Assembly (NCBI RefSeq): GCF_018977255.1
Contig: NW_024704755.1
Location: 7,812,001 to 7,876,000, forward strand
Reading direction: 5' to 3'
DNA length: 64,000 bases
Source of the DNA: Callorhinchus milii
Taxonomy: Eukaryota
How positions within the stretch are numbered: position 1 is the stretch's first letter; each line of letters opens with the position of its first letter. The notes under the pieces were generated by a model that worked only from the letters and a program-made list of their open reading frames with translations, was not told where the DNA came from and ran no database searches. The position numbers were made by a program, and so were the translations under genes. This document shows positions 51,417 through 64,000 of the stretch, in pieces.

Positions 51417-52778
51417 GAGAATCATATTGTCCAAAATAACCCAAAAGTACAAAGTACAGTAACAGTGCACCTGATATTTAAAATGCTGTTATCAGAAATG
51501 ATTAGTTCAGTTTCTTTTTGAAACTGAAACCACTCAGGATGTTTTGAGACAGCTGGAACCATCAGTTTAACAAAGGTAGCTCTTTATTCATTTTCCTTGT
51601 CAATTTTGGCGTAAAATATGTCGTTCTTAGAGTCAAATCTGTTGATGCCAGAGAAAGAAATTTTGGATGTGGGCAGAGAAAGATCAGGGAATTGGGATTG
51701 GAGTAGATCATGTGGAGGAGCTGTAACTAGTACAGGTTAAGTACTTCAATGCTCTCTACACTCTTGGGTCAACCATAGCAAGAGTAGATGTGGCGTAAAA
51801 CTGCATCATCCAAAACTAGCATTGTGCTTAAATAGCAACCTCACAAGAATACTCCTTTGTATTTTAGCAATACTATAGCCATTGCTGACTTAGACTTCCC
51901 TTTTATACCTCCCAAGCTTTAAATACATTTTTTCCCCTTTTTCTTTTATCCTCACTGTGTTGAAATAAAATTCATTGTCTGTGTGCTTTATTTTCGGTCT
52001 CAAAACTTCAAGATTGGAACTTCTTATTTCCCTCAAACTTCCCTTCCTCCTGCAGGCTTTTAAACTACAAACTTGGTGTAGCTTAGTTTCTTTGGCCAGT
52101 GCTGGAGCCTTCTTAAACTTTAAATTTAGTTCTGATAAGACAACTCTTGGGTAAACAAACCAAGATTTTCAATGTCAGCTCCTTAGTTTTGTTTAATATT
52201 AAATACCATTTGGATACTGGTTTGTTGGAACTCTGTATATATGTAAGCAGATGTTTCAGTAGCCTTGTTGCTTGGGATCTCAATACTGCCTCAATTGAGT
52301 AAAGAAATAAGAAAGTACAGCAAAATGAAGTTCTAAATCAAGCAGATTGATAGCAGGAATGTATCTAATTACTCCAGGTATAAATATCTTAAAGCAATAA
52401 TTAGTTTGGTAGCCATGGTATGATAGAAATCCTTTTTGTTAAGGGAGGATAAACTGGAAAATCTGATTCATATTCCCATCAGAACTGATGATGCAAAATG
52501 AAACCAACATTGAAACCAGCAAATTATGCAATAGTCTCTCCCTACGTGTTTTTCAAGTTGAAAGTGTACAATTGATTTACTTCACTGTCTGGTCTGTATT
52601 TCTATCTATTGTGGAAGAACTCTTTTTTAAAAAACAGGCAGAATTGGTTTCTCGTGCTGCTGCTGCTACAATATTGTAATTTAAAGTTTAAGAAGTCTTT
52701 AGTACTGAACAAATAATACAACTTGTTATAACTGACAAGAACGTATGTGATTTTTCAGGATCCTACAGCTAGCCAAAG

Positions 52779-53981
52779 ATGCCTGTGGATGTCAATGAAA
52801 TCCTTCACTTAGTGTGTCACATTTCAAAGGTGAAGAAGATTCATGTTGCTGTAAAAAGTTCTGGGAAGGGAGCAATTGTAGCTGGTGCCTGCGCATTTTT
52901 TGGTGGCCTGCTTGGTGGACCATTTGGCATAGCAGCTGGTAAGTAATGTTTAATTATTCTTGTAAAAGTGTCAATTTTATTACAGTGATATCTACAGTGA
53001 TATAAGCAGGAAATAGGAAAATTATAGTGGCAGTATTGCTGAGACTTACCAGTATATAAGCATTGTCTAACACCCAGTGTCTTGGGAACCACTGATCTCT
53101 TTCTGTGCTGTAAAATTCTCAGATTCTGATTCTATGATTTTTTCAATCTCTGTCTGAAAGACTTTGAATTTTACTGTTGTGATTCACTGATTTTGCTTCA
53201 TTCTTGTCAGGTCACTGAGAGCTGTTTGTTTTTGAGGTGTTTCATCTGACTCGAGAGATTGACAGAAATCAAATGTAAAATTTCCTGTAGCAAGTTTAGC
53301 TGAATGATGGTTGTCTGTACTTTCATTTCAAAACCAAAGTTAACAGCCATAGTCAGCCGTACTGCCTTATGAATCTCTAGATTACATTTGAATCAATATT
53401 CATGTTAGAGAGTCATATTTTGCTTTGCTAATGGGTTATCTGGACTTGAGCTACAGATCAACCATGATCTTATAAAATTGTGGTACAGGCTCGAGGGGCT
53501 GAATAGCCTACTCCTGTTTCTATGTTTCTATCAAGATCATTTATAAAAAGCTAAATCCAAAATATTCAATAATAATTACAATCTTTGATGGAGTGTCTTA
53601 TCATGGTCCTTGAGACGTCTCAAAGCTCTTCACGGAATACACTGTAAAGTGAATTGACTGCATATTTTGTGGGCGATACAAAATTGAGTCTCGAAATATA
53701 TTTGTTCTTCCCCAGGTGGTGCAGTTGGTGGATTGGTGGGTGCCTGGATGACCAGTGGACAGTTTAAACCATTGCCTCAGATTCTTATGGAACTGCCACC
53801 AAACCAACAGAGGATGCTATCTGCTGAGGTGCACAAGATTATCAAACATTTGGATTGGACTGATGCAGTACATCTCGTAGCGTTAGTGATGAGAAATCCT
53901 TCCCTGACTCAGTTGGTGCTTCAGACAGCATTAAACTTCTTCTCACAGCAGTTTGATGCTCAGATAAAATATGAAGATTGA
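52779..53981 (+). CDS. C19orf12: C19orf12 homolog, copy A (141 aa)
   Basis: Exon 52779-52938 MPVDVNEILHLVCHISKVKKIHVAVKSSGKGAIVAGACAFFGGLLGGPFGIAAG; exon 53716-53981 GAVGGLVGAWMTSGQFKPLPQILMELPP...LDWTDAVHL...AQIKYED*. Glycine-zipper transmembrane region; 160+266 nt. Confidence 0.93.
53445..53530 (+). mobile_element. CR1/HER1-type LINE (or HE1 SINE) 3' tail
   Basis: CAGATCAACCATGATCTTAT...GGCTCGAGGGGCTGAATAGCCTACTCCTGTTTCTATG; related tails at 8755-8820 (+) and 48876-49000 (-). Confidence 0.6.
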
Positions 53982-54649
53982 CATCTTTATGCCGAGTGTT
54001 TCTTTCAAATCATTTGTCTGAAACAAAATCCATAAACTACCTTTTGAGTTCTATAACTATGTGTATATTAACAATGTATTTGCATGACATCACTAGACAC
54101 ACAATAATAACTGATGATTGGGAGTATGTTGGATGCAGGACAGGTGATTTTCTGTCACCTAATGGAGCCACCTTATACTGGAAGCATTTTCAGTCAATGT
54201 AGACAGTCAGTGCTCCAATATAATACAGTGGAGGGGTCATGTTTCCAGTCTAATTTATCATTTTTGCACTAATAGCAGCCTTGCATCCTCTCTTAGTGAA
54301 ATTGCCAGATGGGGATTTCAGATCCAAATTGTAGGTATCTACATAACAACAACGACAAAATGACATGTGTATAGTGCCTTTCACGTCGGCAGATCATACT
54401 GTGCAATATGTAATTCTGAATATACTCTGCATTGTACCAAAACCTGAAACGCACTTTTTTAAGGGGGTGGGGGGGGGGGGGGACCAGACACAATATCACA
54501 AATCTCCCTGATCTAACATGTCTGTGCTTCAGTTTGACATGCATTGACACCGTGCACATGAGAGGGAAGACTAGTTTTGCAGTCGAACAAAAAAATACAG
54601 CAAATACAGTATAATCTAAATTGAAAAAAAAAGCAGCAGCAGCAGAGAG

Positions 54650-54788
54650 TGGTTTCTGTCGTGTGATGGTGCGCTTTGCAATTACGCTTTCGACATAAAC
54701 TCCACTCGAACCTCTCAGGTTTCTCTGTCTCTCACGGTGTAGTTGGTTATATATCTATATATATATACACACACATACCTACACATGC

Positions 54789-54821
<33 letters not shown>

Positions 54822-55300
54822 CAAAGGGAGGGGTGTGATGGGGATGTGGCGTTTCGGGGAAAGTCTACTCGGCAGCGATTGGAGAGGAAAAAGAAAGTCA
54901 GGAGAAAAACACGCGATAGCGAGTGCGCCTTCACTGACACAGCTGTGCGGGCGGTGCGGTGGATCACTGCAGCTGCAGTGCTGTAGTCCGGAACCAGAGG
55001 CAGCACCGACCAAAGTCCTTCTACCCTGAGCTCAGCAGCCTCGGGCGGTGCAGCCTTACACCAGGTACCCCCCCCCCCCCACCCCCCCACCCCCCCACAC
55101 ACACACACCCCACACACACACACACCCCAGAGAGAGAGAGAGAGAGAAAGCCTGAAAGCACTTCAGTCGCGATCATGTTATTTTCCACCCCCCACAGTGT
55201 CGTATGTTACACGAGTGTGTGTGTGTCTGTGTGTGTGTGTGTGTGTGACCAGTCCTGCACTGGAATGAGCTTTGCAATGGTAACGGTAGGATCCGGGCTG
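54650..55300 (+). promoter_or_regulatory. Small CpG-rich region, probable promoter/non-coding exon 1 of C19orf12 copy B
   Basis: Local CpG enrichment, donor-like CAG|GTACC near 55064, microsatellite flanks; lies upstream of the acceptor at ~56965. Confidence 0.55.
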
Positions 55301-56035
55301 ATTTAATGGAGGAAAAGGCAGGCGGGGGGTGGGGGGTGGGAGCTCACTCTGAGAATGTGAATGAGAGGGGGTTGCAAATGAGAGAGGCCTTTCTGTCTGT
55401 CTGTCTGTGTCTGTCTGTCTGTGTCTGTCTGTGTCTGTCTGCTCGATGTGTTGCTGCTGTTTTGAGGCTATAAACTGGAGGAATGGTGCAGATGTTTGGC
55501 TGATTCGGTTTCACTCGAGGCTGAGCGTTTGGATTCGGTTTGGAGTGTCTTCTGCTTTTAAAGGGACACACAGTGGCCTTCCCAGGTGCTGACTGAGCCC
55601 TTTCCTTGTCTATTTGCCAAACACACACACACACACACACACAAGCGATGGCAGTGATATTGGAAAAGCTCCATTGTTTCTGTGGAGCCATGTCCATTAC
55701 ATCATGCAGACAAAAAATAGCACATGTCTATGTCTCTTCCCTCTATCCTCATTGATGGTGAAATGGATACTTTTTCGTCGCTTGGTTTACAAAGTGTTTT
55801 CTACTGATTATTGCATTTTTTTTAAATAAAACCTTTTTTGCATTTTAAAAGACGGATTTATTAAACACCATGGTCCCTTAGTAAATTATGTGTGTGTGTG
55901 TGTGTGTGTTTAGCAAATAGAAAAGGCTGGAATAATTTGCAAAAGTCAAAGGGAGTTCAGAATTGTGCCTTTTGGCAAAAGCTGACAAAATACATAGTCA
56001 TTACATATTACAATAAACCCTGTGAATTGTAATAT

Positions 56036-56790
56036 GTCCTGCAGCTGAATGTGGACAAGATGGAAGCCATACTCTTTGGCTCCCGTCAACGTCTTCACTC
56101 CTGCGGATCTAAATTCGTCAACCTCCCTGGGCTCCCCCTCAGATTCACCGAACCAGTGCACAATCTAGGCGTCTGGTTTGACCCCCAGTTGTCTTTCCTC
56201 CCCCACATCTGGTCCCTGAACAGGACCGCCTTCCTCCACCTCCGCCATATTGCTTGCCTCCGACCATACCTTACCCCAAATGTAGCCGAAACCCTTGTGT
56301 ATGCATTTGTCACATCCCGCCTGGATTACTCAAACTCACTCCTCACTAGTCTCCCCAGCTCCACTATTCAAAAAAATCCAGCTCATTCAGAACTCTGCTG
56401 CCCGCACATTGACCCGGATCAAACTCTGTACCCACATCCCCAGAGTTCTGGCCCAGGCTTCACTGGCTTCCCATCACCGAACAGATCGACTTCAAGATCC
56501 TCACACTCGTGTTCAAATCCCTTCACTCCCTGGCACCTCTCTGACCTCCTCAGCCCCCAATCCACCACCCGGCGCCTCCGCTCGACTGGCACCGGCCTCC
56601 GGCTTGTTCCTCGCAACCTCTGCTCCACCATTGGAGGTCACAGTCTCAGCCACTACTCCCCAAAACAGTAGAACACTCTCGCTCAATCCCTCCGCCTTGC
56701 CACCTCTCTCCCCTTTCTCAAGTCCCGCCTGAAAACCTTCCTTTTCGATGCTACCCTGCATGGTGGGCGTTATATAAGCGCAAGTTCTTG
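56036..56790 (+). mobile_element. L2-clade LINE 3' fragment, diverged subfamily
   Basis: NLGVWFDPQLSF, AFVTSRLDYSNSLL, LHWLP, DFKIL motifs with frameshifts. Confidence 0.85.
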
Positions 56791-56985
56791 TAGTTGTGCA
56801 GTGCTTCGATACATGAAAGCTGCAATATCAAATGCAAGAATTATTATTGTAGGCAAAAAGAAACCTGAAAGGGGGAGAAAAGTGAATACATTGATGCCAT
56901 ACAGTATAACGATAATAGCAATCTGCTTGCAATGATGGAAGTGATGAACATGTGTGTGATTACAGGATCCTTTCGCTCACCGAAG

Positions 56986-58569
56986 ATGCCTGTGTATCCC
57001 AATGACGTGATGCACTTGGTGAATCATCTTTCACAGGTGGAGAAGATACAGGTTGCAGTGAAAGGGTCTGCAAAGGGAGCAGCTGTGGCTTGCATAACAG
57101 CGTTTGCTGGCGGGCTGTTCGGTGGGCCTCCCGGAATTGCAGTTGGTGAGTGTTTGGACCCCGGTTCAAAGGGACAAAAAAAACATTTGACAAACCCCTG
57201 TATTAGTTAAAAAACAATCACGTGACACAGAGTGCTCTTGGGCCTAGTCTTGGTGTTCACAAAGATATTGTAGGTAGAATCCATAAAAAAGACAAAGTGT
57301 GTGTCGCCCTATATGTAAATCAGACATGGAATTAGGGCCATTCAATGGCTATTGTGACTATTCAATGATGGTGAAAAGGGACAGATCTGAGAGTTTTTAC
57401 ATCACACAATGATAAGCGTACCTGGATCCTTTTAAAAAAGGACAGTAGTCAAATTCATTGTGTTGTCTTACTATTCCGCAGTAAATAATATGAGCATATA
57501 GAGAGCTTTCAGACACTTTGTCCCCTGCTCTCTGAAACTCCTCAAATGCCTCCATCTCATACCTACCCTCTCAGCATTCCAAGCCCTTCTAAATATCTAC
57601 CTCATTGACAGTGCCTTTGGTCACCTTCCTCATATCTGACTGTGCCTTAATTCGTCTCACTCCTCCCTTCTATCTCCTTCCTTGCTCGGGCTCCCACTCA
57701 GTTTCTGTGAAGTGTTTTGAGCATTATCCCGTGTCAACAATTCTATAAAAGCAAGTTGTTTATCCGTGTCATACTCTACTGGGTGGGACCCACGTATACC
57801 AGAAAGGTCTCGGGTTTAATTGTTTGTTTGTTTAAGCACTCCCAAGATGCTACCCTGGAAGAAGGGCACCATATAAATGCAAATTAGGATGTTGTTTATG
57901 GCAACATAACTAACCTCAGCCACTTTGAGACCAGGGTCACAGTAATTGGCCTCAGGGTTTGGGATAGAAAAAAACAGCTTCATATCCTGCCTCTGATGAT
58001 TACCCTCTGACCCCTGGTGGAATGTGATTGTCAGGAGAAAATCAGATCAAGCTTCTCAGCTGTGATATGCTCTGAATTGCCTGTTGATACTTGTTGCCCA
58101 GCCTCATACATTGCCTGGTTCTGATACATTACCCAATCTCGTACATAAAGTGTAGCCTCGCAGCGAGAGACCAGACAGTTCCTTACCTCACACACTAGCA
58201 AGGAGCATTACCTTCAGGATAGGCATGAGGAAGCTTGAGAATAAAATCAATGTTAACTATTCATTTTAAATTTGAAAAAAAATGTCTGTTTGCCCCTCCT
58301 CAGGTGGTGCGGTTGGTGGATTGCTGGGTGCCTGGATGACCAGTGGACAGTTTAAACCATTGCCTCAGATTCTTATGGAACTGCCACCAAACCAACAGCA
58401 GATGCTTTTGACCGATGTGCAAAATGTTGTCCGGCACCTGGACTGGACTGACGCAGCACAGCTCATCGCATTAGTGATGGGAAATCCCACACTAAAGATC
58501 CGGGTGCTACAAGCAATCAAATTGTTTTTTCTAAACCAACTCAATGCCGAAGTGCGATATCCAGAGTGA
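56986..58569 (+). CDS. C19orf12: C19orf12 homolog, copy B (141 aa)
   Basis: Exon 56986-57145 MPVYPNDVMHLVNHLSQVEKIQVAVKGSAKGAAVACITAFAGGLFGGPPGIAVG; exon 58304-58569 GAVGGLLGAWMTSGQFKPLPQILMELPP...LDWTDAAQL...AEVRYPE*. Same exon sizes as copy A. Confidence 0.93.
57500..57760 (+). mobile_element. Decayed L2 3' end
   Basis: GCTTTCAG...CTCTGAAACTCCCTC...GTGCCTTTGGTCACC...GTGAAGTGTTTTGAG pattern. Confidence 0.5.
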
Positions 58570-61500
58570 AATCTACATAGATTCCGCGTGCCTTTGCCCA
58601 TGAATCTCAATGGCGGTAGGTTGGTTGCAATCTGGAAAATAATAACTTTTACCAACATTAATTCAAGCCTTTGTGAAGGATATAATTTGGCCTTAGAACT
58701 ATGTTGACAACTGGCAGATGACATGAAGTGTCAAAACTATTTAAATGTTCATTTATCCCCAGAAGCAATATTCCTAAATAGCTACTGTAAATTTATAACC
58801 ATGGTATTCTCTCATTGACATACATAATGAAATGGAATCATACTAACTATCTAAACAATAATATAGGTTTCTTAAGGCCTGTTTGACAGTAATTAGTATT
58901 TACGGTACAAAGGTGCTGTTCGAAAGAATTTGCCAGGCAACGATGTAATGATGCACAATGGACAGATCCATGCTGGCAAACTTGTGACAGAAGAGACCTC
59001 AGACTCTCTGAAAGTAAAAGCACTACACAAATGCTCCCCTTCCCACACCTCCTTGTTAATTATAATGATTAAAAAGTGCATTCTGCATTGGGAAGTACAT
59101 CATTCCTCACTGTAAAGAAGGCAATCCTGTTCCAACAACTAACACTAATTCTTAAAGAATATGCTGACAAGGTGAACATAGTGTCACTGTACAATACACC
59201 GAAAGTTTTGAAGCGTCACTCCTGTTACATGGGTCCCAGAACTAAATGGAAAGCAGCCAGCCAACAGCACCAGCAAAGCCAGATAAGTGGCGTCTCTAAC
59301 AAAGAATGTCACAACACAGGAATAGTAGGTTACCAATACTATCAACAAAGTGACCAGTGCAGGGATATTAGATTCCAATGTAGACCCAGCTAAGCAGCAA
59401 AAATAGTTTGATTGAGTGTGATAGCAAATTTCTGGCCATTTCCTACATGGACGAGTAGCAGTGATGAGCCTCTACAACCAGACCTGGGTCATCCACCAGC
59501 TTCAATAGATCATCAGGGATCTCAGTAGGTACACCAAATCCGTCTGGCCATTGAAGAGGCATTACTGCATTCACTGCAGGCTCCAACTAGCGGGCCATGC
59601 AAGAGCAGTGTGTGTGGACATTGGTAGAAGAATTTGCTTGCTTTTAAAATAGGTTTTGTAATTAGGAAATAAAACTGAAGCTGGTCATCCTGCATTTTAC
59701 CATATACATGCTGTCCCACTTTGAAAAGCAATTCCATTTTGAAGCCAAGTAAGATGCAACGACAATTAAAATTTATTGCAGTGACAAAGGAAGAAATCAA
59801 AGTGCCTCTTTACGACTGATCAGCTCACAATCAGTGTCCAAGAAAGTGAATTTCTGCAGACGGGACATTTTATAAATCATTTAAAACGTTTCAGAAATGT
59901 TGTGACAAGAAAAGGGAATGCCACTGACAGCCACTATTCGTTTTCAATGATGCTTAAATTTGGAATTTAACATTTTTTGGTGATAGAAGTCTTTAAAATG
60001 TCATAATCATGTATCAAGTTTACAAGTCATTATGGTGAATTAATCTATATAATGTGTATCAGCTATCTTAGCACTGTTATTGAGCCTTAGTCAAGTGTTT
60101 GAATTTGAAGTAATAGCACTTAGTGAAGTGTTTGAATTTACAATATTCTTGAAGCAATTTATGTAGGAAATAAACAATTTGAAGAGTTGTCGGGAGTAAT
60201 CTTTTATTTTATGTTTTTTGGAAAAGAAGTGAGAGTTTGATAGCGCAGAATCATTTGCTAAATCTAGCAATGACAAGGTAGCAACTGATCAACAGAGAGC
60301 GCTTTCATTTGATAATAGGAGCAGACTTTCTAAAAGGAGGTGGTCGCCATAAGGAAGAACTTTAAATAGAAAGTACTTTATAATATTTCTCATAGCACAA
60401 CTTTAAAATAAACTTGTCCCAGCCAAGAATTGTTCTTGCAAAAGGTTTCACCACAGAGTCTTACTTCATAACACTCCCTCAAAGCATTCATTACTGTCGG
60501 GTAAAGGTTTCTTATTTTCCACAGCAAAATGAGTGAGATCAGCTTAAAATAAAACCAGAGGCTCTTGCTCAGTGCATTGCATGATCTGTGCAAGAGGCAA
60601 CACTCAAATGACACAGCGCCAGTGCAGAACCTATCCTCCCAGGAAATGTCAGACATTGTCGAGGAGCTTTTCGGAAGCAAGTTATTTTTGGTAAGTGAGC
60701 TTTCATTTTTAAATCTCGTCGGACACATAAGTCCATCAGAATTTGAAAGCTGAAAGTTTTTCCCCTTTTAATGAACTATTGACAAAATAAAATCAGTTCA
60801 TACCACGAAAACTGGCCCCAATAATTCTGAGCACAGCAGGTCCTGGAGTGGCCTGGGAGAGGAACATTAAAGATGTTCTTTAATGTTTTCAAGAGAATAG
60901 AATGATCGCCTCACTCAAGTGGATATGAAACAATTTGGAGCCTGGGTATTGTGGTGTAGGAGGTTTAGAGCACTAGCATCGTGTCATGGAATGGTAGGAC
61001 TTGGATTTGTGTTAAACAACTCATAACTTCACAGAATAGCTAGCCTTATATCCACTTTATAATATTAGTGGTTCAGTTCATTTTTTGCCTCTTCGTGCGC
61101 CACAATTAATGTAATGCTAGACTTCCATTTCCAACATTTTTTTGGTTCCTCAAATGCCTCAAGTGCATAACTTGAAGCACTTTGTGTTGTTATCCGAGGT
61201 GAAATAACATATACAGTATATGCAACAAAAACAACAAACTACATTTGTATAGCGCCTTTTATGTCAGGAGGATGTCCCAAGGTGCTAAGCACTGGCACAC
61301 TGTGCCATGCAAGTTGTTGTATAACATCTTACCAGCAAAGCAGAGCAACTTGATTATCTCGTTTTTGCTAAACACATTAAAGATGATGGAATTTAGAGTG
61401 AAGGTCATGAGACATAGAAGCACACAATGAATGACTGAATTTTCAAATCTACAAAGCAAAGTGGATGCCAGCGAGACTGAGCTTATGTATTTAAATGTAG

Positions 61501-62486
61501 AAACAACTTTCATGTGGAACATGAACAGAGTAGATCTGAAGAAAATAATCAAGCGTCATTCAGCTAAAACAGATAGACATCTTCGAGAATATGTTGATTT
61601 TCTTGTTTTAAGTCTGTAACCAGAGCTAGGGTTCAATATTGATGTTGGGTCATAGCTCCAGCAGTTTCTGGTTGAATTAGCATCATAATGGAATTAGCAG
61701 TAAAAATCAGTCATTTTTTCTGAGTTTCCACAGGAATCTTTCTTCTGCATATTTCATTACTATAAAAACATCCTTAGGGTCAAATATAACTTCATGCATC
61801 TCTGAAAGGTAAGGAAATATCATTGCCTTCATCATTTCCCCCTTTCACAGCATGAATAAAGGAAACATTAAGATTTTCAAAGTCAGGCTTGAAAGTTTAC
61901 TAGATTATTCTCCTGTTACAGTTCGGGTTATAAAAAATATAACCTGACTGTGCTGGTTGTGTAGCCAGATTTGACCAAACCCACTTATTTTAATTGTATA
62001 CATGTAGAACTACTGTTTATTCTCATTTACCATGAATTAAAGCGACTCTCTCACCAATTACTGTGCAATGAAATCTGCAGCACTCAGCCCGGTTTCACAG
62101 ACTGCATTAGTTAGACTTCAGCACCTCCCATCAACTACTACATTTAAGTCAAACATAACTAATCTGCCGAACCGTAACGAAACAGCAACCCATCTGAGAA
62201 TATAATGCATAATCTGAGGAGTCAGTCAGTACTTCCAACATTCTCCAAAACGTACACCCATCACAATTCATGTGCTGAACCCAAACACATCTACATGTTC
62301 AAAAGCTAAGTTTAAAAAAAAGTAAATGAGCAACGTATTTGATTTACATTTTTAAACGAGAACCTCAACTTTAGTATAAACAATACTGGTTTGCTTGGTT
62401 TACTTGCACAGTTGTTTTAAGGTCATTGTTCCCAGGGGTTACTACTGTGGATGGGAAAACATCTTCATTCGACTTTATGGGATGTA

Positions 62487-62595
62487 CAGGGTGACCATAA
62501 AGTCGTGACACGATTACAATGTCTAATAAGTCTTAAAGAAATTGTATATTTGTGTTAGATGATAGGATAGTTACCATGACTTTTTGATCACCCTG
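62487..62595. mobile_element. ~109-bp Tc1/mariner-type MITE
   Basis: Left TIR CAGGGTGACCATAAAGTCGTG vs right TIR (reverse complement) CAGGGTGATCAAAAAGTCATG, 18/21 match; TA on the left flank, CA on the right. Confidence 0.65.
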
Positions 62596-64000
62596 CATAT
62601 ATATGTGCCCTTTCTCCTATTTTGTACTGTCATCCATTTTTACTCATTATCTCGTTTTATTTACTCACTAATGATTCTTACCAGAATGCAGTGATGAAAC
62701 TCTCCTGTATCAAAATAGTTTTTTTTAATGTTGTACCAGATTTCAGTCAGTTGGTGGCACAGCAGAGCTGTCCTGCACACTCAAAGCACACTGAAGTACA
62801 TTTGTAACTGAAGTGTTCAAATGTACTTCAATGCCACACAGTGGAAAAAAACGAGCACTACAGTAGTTATCGCTGGACAGGAATAAAAGAAAAGAAAAAT
62901 ATTGTAGTTTGAAGGAGGACAGTAATCCAGTTTGTAAAATGGCCCCACCTTGGAGTTTAATTATTAAAATTTTATGATGTTATGGAATTTGTTCAAATTG
63001 AGGAAACTCCAATACTGGAAGAATCAAATGTTTTCGTGTATTAACACTCTGTGAGGCCTATTATTGCTTAAACAACGTTTTTTTTTGCAGTGTGGCCAAA
63101 TGCAGACAAACCCCTCTCTGTCCCAATTCTGCACTAACTCTCACATCAGAGGAAGACTGTCCACCACTTGTGTGAATGTTTCAGATTTCCAGATACATGT
63201 CACAAGACTCCCTTGAAATGACTGATAGAAACCTTTATCCATCAGTTTGTGCTGGATTCAAATGAATGTCTAGAGGTTAAGGAACACTGCAAAATAAACA
63301 TGGACACCACTCAGTCTTCCTTTCTTGAAGTTTGTTTCTTAAGTTCATTTTAGGTTTAAATTGAGTTTGATATATTTGTTTAAAAAAAAGTGAAATTGTA
63401 TCACTCGTGGGTGGGATCTCATCTGGGCGCATCCAACCAGTTTCATAGTAAATGGATTTTTATGTTGGTTTCCACTGTGCTGATTCAATTGGATGATTAA
63501 AATACTCGCGCAGTTTAGGGTGTTATACATGTTTTCATATAAACCATTTCGGCATGTCAAATAGTTTTTCACAAGGATTCCATCACAGTTTTACTGAGAT
63601 TAAATGGTCTCTGGTCTGAAACACAGTATTCATTCAAACTGGAAGCGGCGACTTCTTGGTAGCTGCAGTGATCAAGCAAAAAAGTTAGGATGGTAATGTT
63701 AGCTTAATATTTTAGAAAATAATAACTAACACCGTTTTGAAATGAATGAATTTTATTTTTGACCAAAATGATTTCAGAGAAATATAACATATTAACATTG
63801 TTGCAGATCCACAAACACATAAAAATATAATGAATATATTGTGAATATAATTACAATTTGTCTGAGCAAAACAATCAACGCTCGACAAGCCCAAACTTTC
63901 ACCTTATTATGTGCGATAAGTAACCATTATCTGATTAAAAGCTTTTTACCTGATACGTTTATTTACAGCTTATCCAAACTACTAGGTTTTTATAGCTTTT

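Noticed and set aside
58600-64000. PLEKHF1 or POP4 exons expected from synteny
   Set aside because: No PH/FYVE or Rpp29 motifs recognised; they presumably lie beyond the window.

Overview
Vertebrate genomic DNA, most likely from a cartilaginous fish (inferred from L2 LINEs, tRNA-derived SINEs with L2-type tails, CR1/HER1-like tails and compact introns). It corresponds to the URI1-CCNE1-C19orf12 syntenic block (human 19q12). Exon-by-exon, with GT-AG splice sites and consistent phases, I can build six genes. URI1 (-): 10 coding exons in the window, 3' end beyond position 1. CCNE1 (-): complete. A BtpA/SgcQ-family gene (+, 6 exons, 268 aa) lies head-to-head with CCNE1. A 169-aa TP53INP1/TP53INP2 (DOR)-family gene (-) is largely invisible in the ORF track and looks like a third paralog/ohnolog absent from the human locus. 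Two tandem 141-aa C19orf12 paralogs (+) follow. The most unusual structures are: a ~2 kb inverted duplication of the URI1 CpG-island promoter and exon 1; the TP53INP-like gene with overlapping uORFs and a promoter shared with C19orf12; an apparent gene-conversion tract between the C19orf12 copies; a 5x32-bp NRF1/GC-box array in the CCNE1/BtpA bidirectional promoter; and a tRNA-Ala-derived SINE nested in its probable partner L2 LINE. No database searches were run; family calls come from recognised motifs.
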